Source: an uncultured bacterium (GTDB lineage Bacteria; Oederibacteriota; PGYV01; CAWJRG01). Taken from it: 64,000 bases of DNA. The notes below the pieces were generated by a model, which saw only the letters and a list, made by a program, of their open reading frames with translations, made no database searches and was not told where the DNA came from. The stretch covers positions 96,001 to 160,000 of the forward strand of contig CAWJRG010000009.1 in assembly GCA_963845185.1 (NCBI GenBank), written 5' to 3'. Shown here one piece after another: positions 1-10,787 of the stretch. Each line of letters opens with the position of its first letter. Position 1 is the first letter of the stretch. The translations under genes and the position numbers were made by a program.

Positions 1-406
1 ACGGTACCTGGATTTGGAGAAGTTCTTTCAAAGGTAGTGGCGTTTGAAATAGTTGATATAAATAGATTCTCTAAGGCAAAACGATTAGCGTCATATGCCG
101 GATTGGTTCCAAGCGAATATGCGAGTAATAAAACAATACATAGAGGTCCGATAATAAGGCAGGCAAACAAACATTTAAAATGTGCGTTTGTAGAAGCAGC
201 TTGGACAGCGGTAAGAAGTTCTTTGTATTTTAAATCAATATACTTGAACGTAAAAAGCCGCAGAGGTTCAAACAAGGCAATAATAGCAGTTGCAAGGCAC
301 ATGGCAGAAAATAATATTTAAAATGCTCAAAGAAAATCGTGGTTATGAAGAAAGGATATATAAAAAATATACTTATAGGCCGCTCTGTTTTCCCCTGAGT
401 CAGTAA
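1..406 (+). mobile_element. IS110-family (IS116/IS110/IS902) transposase, C-terminal part; begins before the window; one extra A at ~308-311
   Basis: Frame from base 1 reads TVPGFGEV...EIVDINRFSKAKRLASYAGLVPSEYAS...AFVEAAWTA...KAIIAVARHMAE, a typical Transposase_20 domain. Removing one A continues the frame as IIFKMLKENRGYEE to TAA at 404-406. Confidence 0.9.
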
Positions 407-549
407 ATCTTCTGGGCTGTGGGAGAGGTTAGAGGGCCTTAATTTGATTTGTTATAATGCCGGGTGAAAAGAACTGCGGCGAAGAGAAGGTTAATTAACA
501 TTTTAGCCCTTATACTTGGATTTGTGCTTGACAAGCCTTTTCAGAGAAG
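375..549 (+). mobile_element. IS110 right-end region (structured, mostly non-coding); element ends at about 545-550
   Basis: Stem GGCC-G-CTCT (379-387) / AGAG-GGCC (431-438). TTGACA -35 box at 528-533 near the end. The repeat-protein reading frame (GNNGLTNTAEY) resumes immediately after. Confidence 0.6.
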
Positions 550-3500
550 GGGAATAACGGTTTGACAAACACGGCGGAATATACCGACGACGGCACCACA
601 TGGTACGCGAATTTAACTTATACAGGAAATCCGTTCCCGGCAATGCAGGGAGCTGCAATGTGTGCGGACGGCAGTAACTTCTGGATTTTTGGAGGGAAAG
701 GTTTGGGAGATGTTCAACAGAACGGAATATACAAGTCTGTATCTGGGACTGTATGGGCAGCAGTTACGCCGGTTGCGACATTTACAGTAAGGTCATTCCA
801 CAAAGCGCTGTATTACAACAATTATTATTATATAATTGCAGGAGACATCGGCGGAGTCAACGGCTTTTTGAAGGATGTTTGGAGGTCACATGATGGTAAG
901 ACATGGACACAGATAACAAGTAACGCAGCATTCGGAGCCAGGAGACTGTTCGCGGCATTTGTATGGGATAACAGGATGTGGGTTGTAGGAGGAGAAGGTT
1001 CGCCGTCCAACAACGTATGGTGGTCGGTAGACGGGATAACATGGATAGAAACTGCAAGCGCAGGCGGTTATGATAATGCTTATTCATTACAGGGAATAAG
1101 TTATAAGAATGTGCCATATTTATTCACAAGCAGTGGCAATGTCTATGTTGGAACAATGTCTGATCTGAGCAATTGGTCGCAGATAACTACTACCGGTTAT
1201 ACGGATCCGATTAATTTTGCTTGGGTAGGAATAGCCGGCAATACAGGCAATCCGCATATGCTGGTAAGGGGCGGGGGCAACAATATGTGTTGCTCAAACA
1301 TAAATGACGGTACACCGAGTATAACACCGACAAGTACGTATACAAGAACATCTACTCCCACGAATTCGCCTTCGCCAACACGGTCGTTAACAAAGACACC
1401 GTCTGCAACATCTACGAATACACCTACAAGTACGCCAACATATACAATAACCTGTACGGCTACACCAGCATTGACAATAACTCCATTGACAAACATGTCG
1501 TTGTGGTCAAGCAGGACAGTAGGCACTGGAAATCTCGGTGCTGCGTATGACAAGGAACTGCACACAGGTGCGTGGATGCAGATAGGGGGAGTTTACAGAA
1601 GCATATTCATGACAGGCGGCAGCAGCGGAACGAGCTTGACAAACACTGCGGAATACACCAACGAGGGAGATGTATGGTACGCGAATGTAACATACACAGG
1701 AAATCCATTCCCTGCAATGCAGGGTGGGGCGATGTGTGCTGATGGTTCGTATTACTGGCTATTCGGCGGAAAAGATTCCAATAATAACCAGTTGAATGGC
1801 ATATACAAATCAATATCGGGTACGGTATGGGCAGCAGTTACGCCGGTAGCGACATTTACAGCCAGGTCATTCCACAAAGCGCTGTATTACAACAGTCACT
1901 ATTATATAATCGCCGGAGATAACGGTTCATTCCTGAAAGATGTGTGGAGTTCAAACGATGGAAAGACATGGTCGCAGGCAACAGCTAATGCGGCATTTGG
2001 AACAAGAAGGTTGTTCGCTGCATTTGTCTGGGATAACAGGATGTGGGTAGTAGGAGGAGAAGGTGCAGCGACAAACAACGTATGGTGGTCTTTAGATGGA
2101 ATAACATGGATAAAAACTGCAAGTGCAGGCGGTTATGACAATGCTTATGCACTACAGGGAATAAGCTACAACGGCGTTCCATATTTGTTCACGGACCAGG
2201 GACATATTTATGTAGGTACAATGTCTGATTTAAGCAGCTGGACGCAGGTGAGCACGACAAATTACACAAATCCCGGCAGTTTCGCCTGGGTAGGAATAGC
2301 AGGAAATACAGGAAATGCACATCTAGTGGTTGCTGGTGGCGGAAGCCAAGTATGCTGTGCGGAAATAAACGGAGGCACACCGACACTCTCGGCTACAGTT
2401 TCAAAAACATTAACAATATCCCCAACATGTACGAATACACCGACAAGTACGCCTACACACACAATAACCTGTACGGCGACACCTGCGTTGACGATAACGC
2501 CTCTGACAAACATGTCGTTGTGGTCAAGCAGGACGGTAGGCACTGGAAATCTCGGTGCTGCGTATGACAAGCAACTACATACAGGAGCATGGATGCAGAT
2601 AGGAGGCGTTTATAGAAGTATATTTTTAACCGGTGGCAGCAGCGGAACGAGCTTGACAAACACGGCAGAATATACAAACGAGGGAGATGTATGGTATGCA
2701 AATATAACATATACGGGAAATCCATTTCCTGCGATGCAGGGCGGAGCAATGTGTGCTGACGGCTCGAATTACTGGCTGTTTGGAGGGAAAAATTCCGGAG
2801 GAACCCAGTTGAATGGCATATACAAATCCTCAGATGGAAAAGTGTGGGCAGCGGTGACGCCGGTTGCGACATTTACGGCAAGGTCATTCCATAAGGCGCT
2901 GTATTACAACAACAACTATTATATAATTGCCGGAGATAACGGTTCGTTCCTGAAGGATGTGTGGAAATCCTCTGACGGCAAGACATGGTCATCAATAACA
3001 GCTAATGCAGCTTTTGGAATTAGGAGGCTGTTTGCGGCATTCGTATGGGATAACAGGATGTGGGTGGTGGGAGGAGAAGGTGTTTCGACTGACGTATGGT
3101 GGTCAATAGACGGTATAACGTGGATAGAAACGGCAAGTGCTGGCGGTTATGATAATGGCTATGCATTGCAGGGAATAAATTACAATGGCGTACCGTATTT
3201 GTTCACGGACCAAGGACATATTTATGTAGCTACGATGTCTGATTTAAGCAGTTGGACGCAGGTGAGCACGACAAATTACATAAATCCCGGCAATTTCGCA
3301 TGGGTAGGTATAGCCGGCAATACAACCAACCCGCACATAGTGGTAGCGGGCGGCGGCGGACAAGTCTGCTGTGCAGAAATAAATGGTGGCACACCAACAC
3401 TCTCGCCTACAATTTCAAAAACATCAACCATATCACCAACATCTACTATATCACCGACAAAAACTGTGACAATGACAATCACTGTTACAATGACAACTAC

Positions 3501-3858
3501 AATTGCCGCGGATATTTTTGCCGACAACCTAAAGAAACCTACGCTTACGCCGCAGGTGACTCCGCCTGAAAAAATATGTGAGAAGAATACGTACAACTTC
3601 CCGAATCCGTGCAATGGGCCGACAACAATAAGATTCTCCATGGATATGCCCGCAGATGTAAATATAGGAATATATGACATGAATGGCAAACTGGTTTGGA
3701 ACAAGAGCCTAAATGCAGGGGTGATTAATGAGGGCATAAACTATGTAATATGGGATTTGAAAAATGACGATGGTGTTGAAGTGTCAAACGGAGTATACTT
3801 TCTTGTGATCCAGGCAGAAGATAAGGTCGTAAAGAAAAAGATCGCCGTTATCAGGTGA
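550..3858 (+). pseudogene. 3' part of an IS110-interrupted secreted protein: three ~339-aa Kelch/BNR-like beta-propeller modules, Thr/Pro linkers and a T9SS-A/FlgD-Ig-like C-terminal domain
   Basis: ORF 562..3858 starts at a TTG in mid-repeat with no signal peptide. Repeats 2 and 3 have ~45 extra N-terminal residues (MSLWSSRTVG...TGGSSGTS-LTNTAEY). Motifs DVWxSxDGKTW; C-terminus NFPNP...IYDMNGKLV...NGVYF...KKIAVIR. Confidence 0.75.
562..3400 (+). repeat. Intragenic triple tandem repeat, period ~1017 bp
   Basis: ATGTCGTTGTGGTCAAGCAGGAC occurs at 1495 and 2512; the protein modules are highly similar. Confidence 0.95.
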
Positions 3859-3912
3859 GAGACAGAAAACAATAATGTTAAAACATTAAAGGCAGATTCA
3901 GTTAGTCAATAT

Positions 3913-3946
3913 AAGAAAGAGCGGATAGTAGTGTCCGCTTTTTCTT
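3913..3946 (+). terminator. Probable intrinsic terminator
   Basis: AAGAAAGAGCGGA ... TCCGCTTTTTCTT hairpin followed by T-rich sequence. Confidence 0.65.
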
Positions 3947-4055
3947 GTTTATAGCACGCATATTGTATTGCTATAAATTCTGAAATTATTAATGAAAAAC
4001 ACCTTCTTTTATGTTAAATTACTTCAAGTTTAATAAAAAAATAAAAAGGTCAAAA

Positions 4056-6431
4056 ATGCTAAAAAAAATTAAGGACGCTATAATATTATTAGTTTGTTTA
4101 ATTGGCATATTTCAATTGTATCTTTATACCATGGTTCCTGCGTTTAAGAGCAACGATTCGCCTGAAACAATAACTGCGTCATATACGCTAGGCTTTGGAC
4201 ATCCACCCAGTTATCCGCTATTTACAATGTCTGGAAAGGTGTTTTCGTTGTTGCCTGTCGGCTCGCCAGCCTTCAGGCTCAACTCATTTTCCATATTTCT
4301 TGCTTTGATGGTATTATTACTGTCTTATTTTATCATCAAACAAATTAGTTTCTATGTCTTCGGTTATGAAAATAAGATAATAAATTTTTTTGGCGTTTTT
4401 ATGCTTGCATTTTCTTATACCTTTTGGAACCAGGCAATTGAGGCAAAAGGCGGCATATATATATTTAATCTTTTTTTTCTAGCAATACTGATTTATTTGA
4501 GCCTGGAATTGTTTAAAGGATTTAATATTAGATATTTTTATCTTATGCCGTTCGTTTATGGGCTTTCGCTTGCCAATCACTGGCCGAGCATGATAATCCT
4601 TTCCCCTGTTTTTGGATACTTATTTTTTAGATACAGAGGGAAAATAAATCAGAAAAATATTATGACAATCTCATTGTTATTGCTCACCGGTTTAAGCCCG
4701 TATCTTTACATGCTGGCAAGAGGCGGAACAGACGGTATTTTTATTTTTACAGCAAGGCCAAATACATGGGACAATTTTTGGTGGACAGTATTAAGGGTCG
4801 GGTACGGCAACATCGAACCCCCTCCAACCTTACAACTATATGAAAATCAAATAAAAGAATTTTTCGCGCTTTTATTCAATAATTATTATATTCTGTGGAT
4901 TTTAATGTTTGCAGGCGGATATATCATGAATAAAAGGAATAAAAAACTTTTCTGGTTTTATTTAGGCGCAATTTTAATAATCATTTTTGCAGTCATTATT
5001 TACAATCGCACCGATGAAAGTTTGATGTGGGTTATCGATATTTTTCTTATCCCATCCCAATATATATTAATGTTATTTATTGTCACAGGCATATATTTAA
5101 TTCTAAAGCTTTTAAAACAAAAAATTTTCCGGTTCCTGTTTATATTTATTATTTTTATAACAATATTATTTATGGGATATAAGAATTTTGAAAAAAATAA
5201 CAGCAGGTACGATTTTCAGGCCTATGATTTTGGCTATAATATTTTAAAAACCATGGATAAGGATAGTTTATATCTTTGTGAAGGCGATTTTAATTATATG
5301 CCGTGTTCTTATATTCAGATGGTCGAAAAACAAAGACAGGATATAAAACTTGTAACCGTAGATCCTTTGCCTTTTAAGTGGGGAATGGATAATTTTACGA
5401 AAAAATATGGGAATATTCCGCTGAAGGAATTTGAACCTGTGTATAACTTGATTAGTATCATTAAATATTTTTCCGATAATAATATTGAAATATTTAAAAG
5501 TACTATTGCGCCACACATGGACGGATTAAAATTGGAATTAAATTTCAAACAAAAAGGATTGTTGAAAAAATATCTAAAAAATGACAAACCAATGTCGCCT
5601 GAAATATTCGAACTTTATTCTTACAATAGGGGATTATATGATAAATATATCGACTATAGCAGAATAACTTCAGAACTTGTTATGTGGTATCCTTATGGCA
5701 TGATGTCACAAGCTGATGATTTTTTATTTGAAAAGGAACCGGCCCAAGCAATACAACTTTATAAAAAAGCCCTGCTTTTCCCTTTTAAAAATGAAGTAAA
5801 AAATAGCGAATCGCATATTTATTATAATATGTCTTTTGCTTACAAATATTTGAATGATACAGATGACCAAATAAAGTATCTAAAAAAAACCATTGAAATA
5901 CAAAGAGATTATAACCAGGCTTACGAATTATTAGGCATGATTTATTACAATGAAAAGCTCTGGCCAATGGCAAAGGATATGTTTGAAAACGCAATAAAAT
6001 ACGGCAGTGAGAATAAGATGGTTTTACAACAGTATATAAATCAGATGGGATATATTGATATGCCAACACAACTTGAATCCTTATTTAATCAGGCTATTGC
6101 TTTATTGGCGGCCGGAAAGTATTTAAAGGCAATGGATTATTTTGATTTTTTACTCGAATACAGTTATAAGGCAAATGAAATATATAAAAATATAGGGGTA
6201 TATAATTTTAAAAACAATAATTTTGAAGAAGCATTAAAATATTTTCAGGAAGCAAGAGAATGGGATAAAACCGTAGGAATTTATGGATATATTGCATACA
6301 CATATTATAAATTAGGACAAACAGATAAAGCATTAGATACTTTAAAAGAAGGTATACAAACAGACGGAAACGACCCGCAACTGGTGAATTTATACAACCA
6401 AATTGAGCAGGCGGGAAAGAAAGAAAAATAA
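4056..6431 (+). CDS. DUF2723/TMEM260-like GT-C membrane glycosyltransferase with C-terminal TPRs
   Basis: DSPETITASYTLGFGHPPSYPLF motif, FWNQAIEAK, LSLANHW, multiple TM helices and a TPR tail. Start could be 4011 or 4056. Confidence 0.8.
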   Translation: MLKKIKDAIILLVCLIGIFQLYLYTMVPAFKSNDSPETITASYTLGFGHPPSYPLFTMSGKVFSLLPVGSPAFRLNSFSIFLALMVLLLSYFIIKQISFYVFGYENKIINFFGVFMLAFSYTFWNQAIEAKGGIYIFNLFFLAILIYLSLELFKGFNIRYFYLMPFVYGLSLANHWPSMIILSPVFGYLFFRYRGKINQKNIMTISLLLLTGLSPYLYMLARGGTDGIFIFTARPNTWDNFWWTVLRVGYGNIEPPPTLQLYENQIKEFFALLFNNYYILWILMFAGGYIMNKRNKKLFWFYLGAILIIIFAVIIYNRTDESLMWVIDIFLIPSQYILMLFIVTGIYLILKLLKQKIFRFLFIFIIFITILFMGYKNFEKNNSRYDFQAYDFGYNILKTMDKDSLYLCEGDFNYMPCSYIQMVEKQRQDIKLVTVDPLPFKWGMDNFTKKYGNIPLKEFEPVYNLISIIKYFSDNNIEIFKSTIAPHMDGLKLELNFKQKGLLKKYLKNDKPMSPEIFELYSYNRGLYDKYIDYSRITSELVMWYPYGMMSQADDFLFEKEPAQAIQLYKKALLFPFKNEVKNSESHIYYNMSFAYKYLNDTDDQIKYLKKTIEIQRDYNQAYELLGMIYYNEKLWPMAKDMFENAIKYGSENKMVLQQYINQMGYIDMPTQLESLFNQAIALLAAGKYLKAMDYFDFLLEYSYKANEIYKNIGVYNFKNNNFEEALKYFQEAREWDKTVGIYGYIAYTYYKLGQTDKALDTLKEGIQTDGNDPQLVNLYNQIEQAGKKEK

Positions 6432-6442
6432 AGCAAATCTGC

Positions 6443-6877
6443 TTATTTTATTTTTTTTGCCGGCAATGTATTTGAAGCTCCGTTCACATCACCCTCAAGC
6501 TGTTTAACCCACGCGTTATATTCAGGCTCGACTTCTTTTAAGCGTTCCTTTGCCTTTTTCACCCACTCGCTCTCCGGTGGGGTAAATAAATCAACAACAG
6601 TCTTATATTGAACATAAGCGTTTTTAAGGGAATTGTCATCCATAAGGAACTCATACTCGTTTTCGGTAATTTGTTTTTTATCAAGCTCGTCTTTGTAATA
6701 GGTGGCTTTTGCTTCCGGATTCTTATAAAAATTAAGAAACTTTTCGCCTTCCAGATATTCGCGTTTTGCCCTTCTCATGACGTCAAAATCAGCCAGCAGG
6801 AAAAATATTATTAAAGTAATCATTACTAAACCGGCTATAAAAAGGTATTCCTTGTTCTTTTCCTTGTTTTCAAACAT
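6443..6877 (-). CDS. Hypothetical membrane-anchored protein
   Basis: 144 aa ORF with an N-terminal TM helix and an AGGAGG RBS upstream on the minus strand. Confidence 0.75.
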   Translation of the reverse strand: MFENKEKNKEYLFIAGLVMITLIIFFLLADFDVMRRAKREYLEGEKFLNFYKNPEAKATYYKDELDKKQITENEYEFLMDDNSLKNAYVQYKTVVDLFTPPESEWVKKAKERLKEVEPEYNAWVKQLEGDVNGASNTLPAKKIK

Positions 6878-7317
6878 GATAGTTGTCCTCCTTATAATTT
6901 TATGGGCAAATTATAGAATAGAAAATATAATTTGTCAACAATCGTACTTCTGGATGATTTCGGGGAAGGGTTTTGAGGCCCTGTGCCGCTACGGCGGCCA
7001 ATATTATAAATTAATTTATGGATTTTTAACGTACAAAATTATCCTTTATATTTCATTTGATTGATTTAGCAAAATGACGGATTCTTCGGAAGTCAACCAT
7101 GATTTCAAAAAACAGGTTTTGAAATTCATCCTGTCCTGTCTGCAAAAAAATCAAAGACTTTATTAAAACTTTCCGGATAAGGCCTGAAAAAAAAGTTACC
7201 GGCTAAAGTTTACAAAATAATAACCGATATATAAACCAAAGGAGGCACTGGCACCAATGAAAACAGGCCTGATACGGAAAAATACCGCAAAATCAAAGGG
7301 GATAATCAAATTCGAGG

Positions 7318-7346
7318 TTGACACCCCAATGGAATTAAATTATAAT
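7318..7346 (+). promoter_or_regulatory. sigma70-type promoter
   Basis: TTGACA-17 bp-TATAAT perfect consensus, ~32 bp before the ATG at 7379. Confidence 0.85.
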
Positions 7347-7378
7347 TGTTATAACAAAACTCGGAAAGGAGTTTTACT

Positions 7379-8980
7379 ATGAAAAAAACACTCTTTCTAT
7401 TATTATTCCTGATACTGACAATCCCTTCATCACTGCTGCTGGCAGGCACCACTGGTCTTGTAAATGATTTTGAAGGGATTGATTCGGCAAACGGGCAGTG
7501 GCCTCCGACAGGAACATATAATGACATTTCAGCATGGGCAGCGGTATCGGTTTTTCCAAATCCCACACCTGTTTTCTGGCCATACTATCAGGACATAGCA
7601 ACACAGGGAGCTGACGCAGGTGCACCAGCTGCACCGCCAAATGGTAATGATATGATGAGAATTATATGGGATTACAGAACTTCTTATCTATGTTTAACCT
7701 TTACTTGTTTTGAGAATGCAACACAACCAAATCAAAAGAACTGGTCAAATTATGATTATATAAATTTTGTATTCGCTTCTAATCTGAGTGTTAATGGAAA
7801 GCCAAATGCTTCTCAATATGTAACAATTCTTGATGGAGCTGGAGGAGCAACTTCCGTTACTTTTACAACAATAAACAATGAACTGCCTATTATGGCCGTG
7901 ACTGATACAGCAGGAACTTGTGTGATGAATCAGCATCTGGCAGTATCAATGAATTACTTAGCAAATTATTATGATACTACTATAGGCAGATATTTTGACC
8001 CAACCAATATAAGTTCTTTTACAATAAATGCACCTGATATGACATATTCAGGTAATGAGATTGTCATGTATTATGATTATTTGACGCTTGGCGCACATTC
8101 AGGTTCAACGCCTTTTTGGAGTAATCCGCCTTCAGGGGTTACTGTTACTACTATTGGTACTATGCCGTTATGGACAAGTGTAAATATCAGCTGGACTGCA
8201 CCGGCTCCGACTACGGGACAATGTCCTATTACAGGATATCATATTTATAGGACAATTGGAAATGCAGGTTCAGCGGCTGGACCGTGGGTTTCGGTGGCAA
8301 TAGTACCTAATACTGTAAGTTTTACTCCAGATGCTTATCCTTATAATAATTTTGCAAGTACGGGAGGAACGTTTTGTTATAAAGTTTTAACATTGGATAA
8401 CGGGCCTGCAAACATAGGCTCGACAGGTTCAGGGGATATAATTTCAAACACAATAAATGCGACATTTGACGAGGCACCTTTAGCCAATGCAAATGCAGTG
8501 TGTATAACCCTTCCCCCTGTGCCGACAAACACTTCAACGCCTTGCCCTTTGTGCTCGCCGACAAATACACCTGCAGGTTGCGGGCCGCCAATTTGTACTG
8601 TAACTTTTACAGTTACTATGACGCCTATGCCGACCGCGACCGTCTGCGTGGGGTGCAATTTTAATAATGTCTATGTTTATCCCAATCCGTTTAATCCAAA
8701 TATGGGAACGCGGACATTTCATGTCGGCAATGTAGCAACTGGAACCAAGGTGTATATTTATGATATGGCAGGACAGCTTGTAAATGAGGGTGTGGTAGCA
8801 GCTACCAACGACCCGGCTTGTACTACATGTTACGAATGGGATGGAAAGAATAAAAACAATACTCTTGTCGTGACAGGGCTTTATTTTGTTGTGCTGGAAA
8901 GCGCGGACAACAAGACAACAAAAGTGCAAAGGGTTACTGTCTGTCACAAATGCAACCCTGTTTATATTCCGGGCCAATAA
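7379..8980 (+). CDS. Secreted protein with FN3-like domain, Cys/Thr/Pro linker and T9SS-A/FlgD-Ig-like C-terminal domain
   Basis: Signal peptide; ISWTAP...ITGYHIYR (FN3-like); VYPNPFNP...IYDMAGQLV...WDGKN...GLYF. Confidence 0.8.
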   Translation: MKKTLFLLLFLILTIPSSLLLAGTTGLVNDFEGIDSANGQWPPTGTYNDISAWAAVSVFPNPTPVFWPYYQDIATQGADAGAPAAPPNGNDMMRIIWDYRTSYLCLTFTCFENATQPNQKNWSNYDYINFVFASNLSVNGKPNASQYVTILDGAGGATSVTFTTINNELPIMAVTDTAGTCVMNQHLAVSMNYLANYYDTTIGRYFDPTNISSFTINAPDMTYSGNEIVMYYDYLTLGAHSGSTPFWSNPPSGVTVTTIGTMPLWTSVNISWTAPAPTTGQCPITGYHIYRTIGNAGSAAGPWVSVAIVPNTVSFTPDAYPYNNFASTGGTFCYKVLTLDNGPANIGSTGSGDIISNTINATFDEAPLANANAVCITLPPVPTNTSTPCPLCSPTNTPAGCGPPICTVTFTVTMTPMPTATVCVGCNFNNVYVYPNPFNPNMGTRTFHVGNVATGTKVYIYDMAGQLVNEGVVAATNDPACTTCYEWDGKNKNNTLVVTGLYFVVLESADNKTTKVQRVTVCHKCNPVYIPGQ

Positions 8981-9013
8981 ATTAATTGTATAAAAATTAT
9001 TAAGGAGATACTT

Positions 9014-10504
9014 ATGAAAAAAGCATTGTTGGTAATGTGTCTGTTGTTCGCAGGCATCAGTATATACGCTTCTGAATACGGCGGCGTTGTGGCAGCGCCT
9101 TACCTTAATCTCGGCGTTGGCGCGCGGCCGTGCGGCATGGGCGAGGCTTACATAGCCCTTGTTGACAATGTTGACGCTGTCTGGTGGAACGCGGGCGCCC
9201 TTGTGCAGGTTGAAAACCCCGAGTTTACTTTTATGCATAACCAGGCATTCGGCGGGACAAATTACGAGTATTTCGCTTTTGCAGAGCCTGCTTCACAGCT
9301 TGGCCTTGACATCTGGGGCACGATAGGCATAACAGCCCTGCTTGTGCGCGTTGAAGATATTACTTTTACAAAAGAAAATCCTGACGGGAGTTATTCGCAG
9401 GAATTCGCTGCTCAAAATAATGTTTACAGCTCAGGCGGCACTGTACTCGGCATAGCTTACAGCTGGCAGGCGGCAAAAATGTTCGCTGCAGGCGCCACAC
9501 TCAAATTAATCAACCAGCAGGTTGCTTCGGAAGACGGCTGGGTGCCGGCTATTGATATCGGCATCTTAACCCAGACCAATTTGACAGGTTTTAACCTCGG
9601 CCTTGTGTTCCAGAATATTAGTTTTACAACTTTAAACGGCGCGCCTCTTCCCATGAACCTGAAATTCGGCGTGGCGTACAAGCTGCCCCGCCTTTTTTCA
9701 TCCGAGCTTAACCCAAAGGATTTTTTAAACCTGGCACTTGACGGCATTTTGCCGATCAATCCGCCAAACCTGCCTTTTGGCCTGCAGGCCGGATTTGAAT
9801 ACGGCGGCAACCTTGATGACTGGGTACTGGTGGGAAGGGCAGGATACAGGTTTAACGGCAACCAATTCATAAGCGACCTGGGAGCTGTCGCGGGCATGAC
9901 CGTGGGCGGCGGCATAAGCAAAAACTTTTCAGGGGTTGACGCGGCAATTGACTACGCTTTCATACCTTACGGCATACTCGGCATGACAAACAGGATAAGC
10001 ATGACAATACTTGTGGGCCAGCCCACGCCTGTCCCGACAATGATTGGCCCGAAGCCGCCGAAAGTCGCTGCAGCAACCGCACAGACGCAAAAGGTGGTTG
10101 TGACCTGGAGCAATGAGCAGGCAGGCAAAGTAAAAGGATACAATATTTATATGAGCTACCAGGCAGGCGGCAAGTATTATAAGCTCACGCCAAACCCGGT
10201 GGATAAATACATGCTCGATGTCAAGCCTCTGAAAGCGGGAATAAGGAGCTTTTTTGTCGTGACAACAGTGGACAAAGCAGGCAGGGAGAGCAAGTACTCG
10301 AGCGAGGTATCAGCGGTCCCGAAAGGCGGGGGCGCGGGTTTTGTGCCGCCTCCATTGCCTTCAAAAACAACAAGCTATATCAAAGGCTCGGGCGCAAGCA
10401 AGAAAACATCAGCAAAGGGAAAAAGCTCAAAGACAAGCAAGACAAAATCAACAAAGTCAAGCTCGACCAAAAAGAAGAAAAAGAAGACTACAACGACGCA
10501 ATAA
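9014..10504 (+). CDS. PorV/PorQ-like (UPF0164) outer-membrane barrel fused to FN3 and a Lys/Ser-rich tail
   Basis: LNLGVGARPCGMGEAYIALVDNVDAVWWNAGAL PorV-like motif; IDYAF...RISM barrel end; VVVTW...GYNIY FN3; AAGGAG RBS. Confidence 0.8.
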   Translation: MKKALLVMCLLFAGISIYASEYGGVVAAPYLNLGVGARPCGMGEAYIALVDNVDAVWWNAGALVQVENPEFTFMHNQAFGGTNYEYFAFAEPASQLGLDIWGTIGITALLVRVEDITFTKENPDGSYSQEFAAQNNVYSSGGTVLGIAYSWQAAKMFAAGATLKLINQQVASEDGWVPAIDIGILTQTNLTGFNLGLVFQNISFTTLNGAPLPMNLKFGVAYKLPRLFSSELNPKDFLNLALDGILPINPPNLPFGLQAGFEYGGNLDDWVLVGRAGYRFNGNQFISDLGAVAGMTVGGGISKNFSGVDAAIDYAFIPYGILGMTNRISMTILVGQPTPVPTMIGPKPPKVAAATAQTQKVVVTWSNEQAGKVKGYNIYMSYQAGGKYYKLTPNPVDKYMLDVKPLKAGIRSFFVVTTVDKAGRESKYSSEVSAVPKGGGAGFVPPPLPSKTTSYIKGSGASKKTSAKGKSSKTSKTKSTKSSSTKKKKKKTTTTQ

Positions 10505-10534
10505 ATTTGCGCAGTATATTATAGATAAATTAAG

Positions 10535-10562
10535 GCAGAGGCACGCAGTAGCGTGCCTCTGC
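10535..10562. repeat. REP-like palindrome (GTAG-family variant), possibly also a terminator
   Basis: GCAGAGGCACGC-AGTA-GCGTGCCTCTGC; sister copy at 22134-22161. Confidence 0.7.
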
Positions 10563-10787
10563 AATTTAATGGTGACAAATAATTCTTGACAACTCGTTTA
10601 GTATTTCATAAAATCAACTTAATTTATTAGGTGGCAAATGATAATATTCCATGGGAAAAACAACAAAAGATTTAAATATAAAGATATACTGCATGTCCCG
10701 GACTTATAGCCGGGACTTAAATAAGATATCGTAATGTTTTGTTGTTGCATTCGATCCGACAGAATAAACACTACTAGGAGACAAATA

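Noticed and set aside
562..3400. 1017-bp repeats as a diversity-generating retroelement TR/VR pair
   Set aside because: Differences are largely synonymous and not adenine-specific, and there is no reverse transcriptase in the window.
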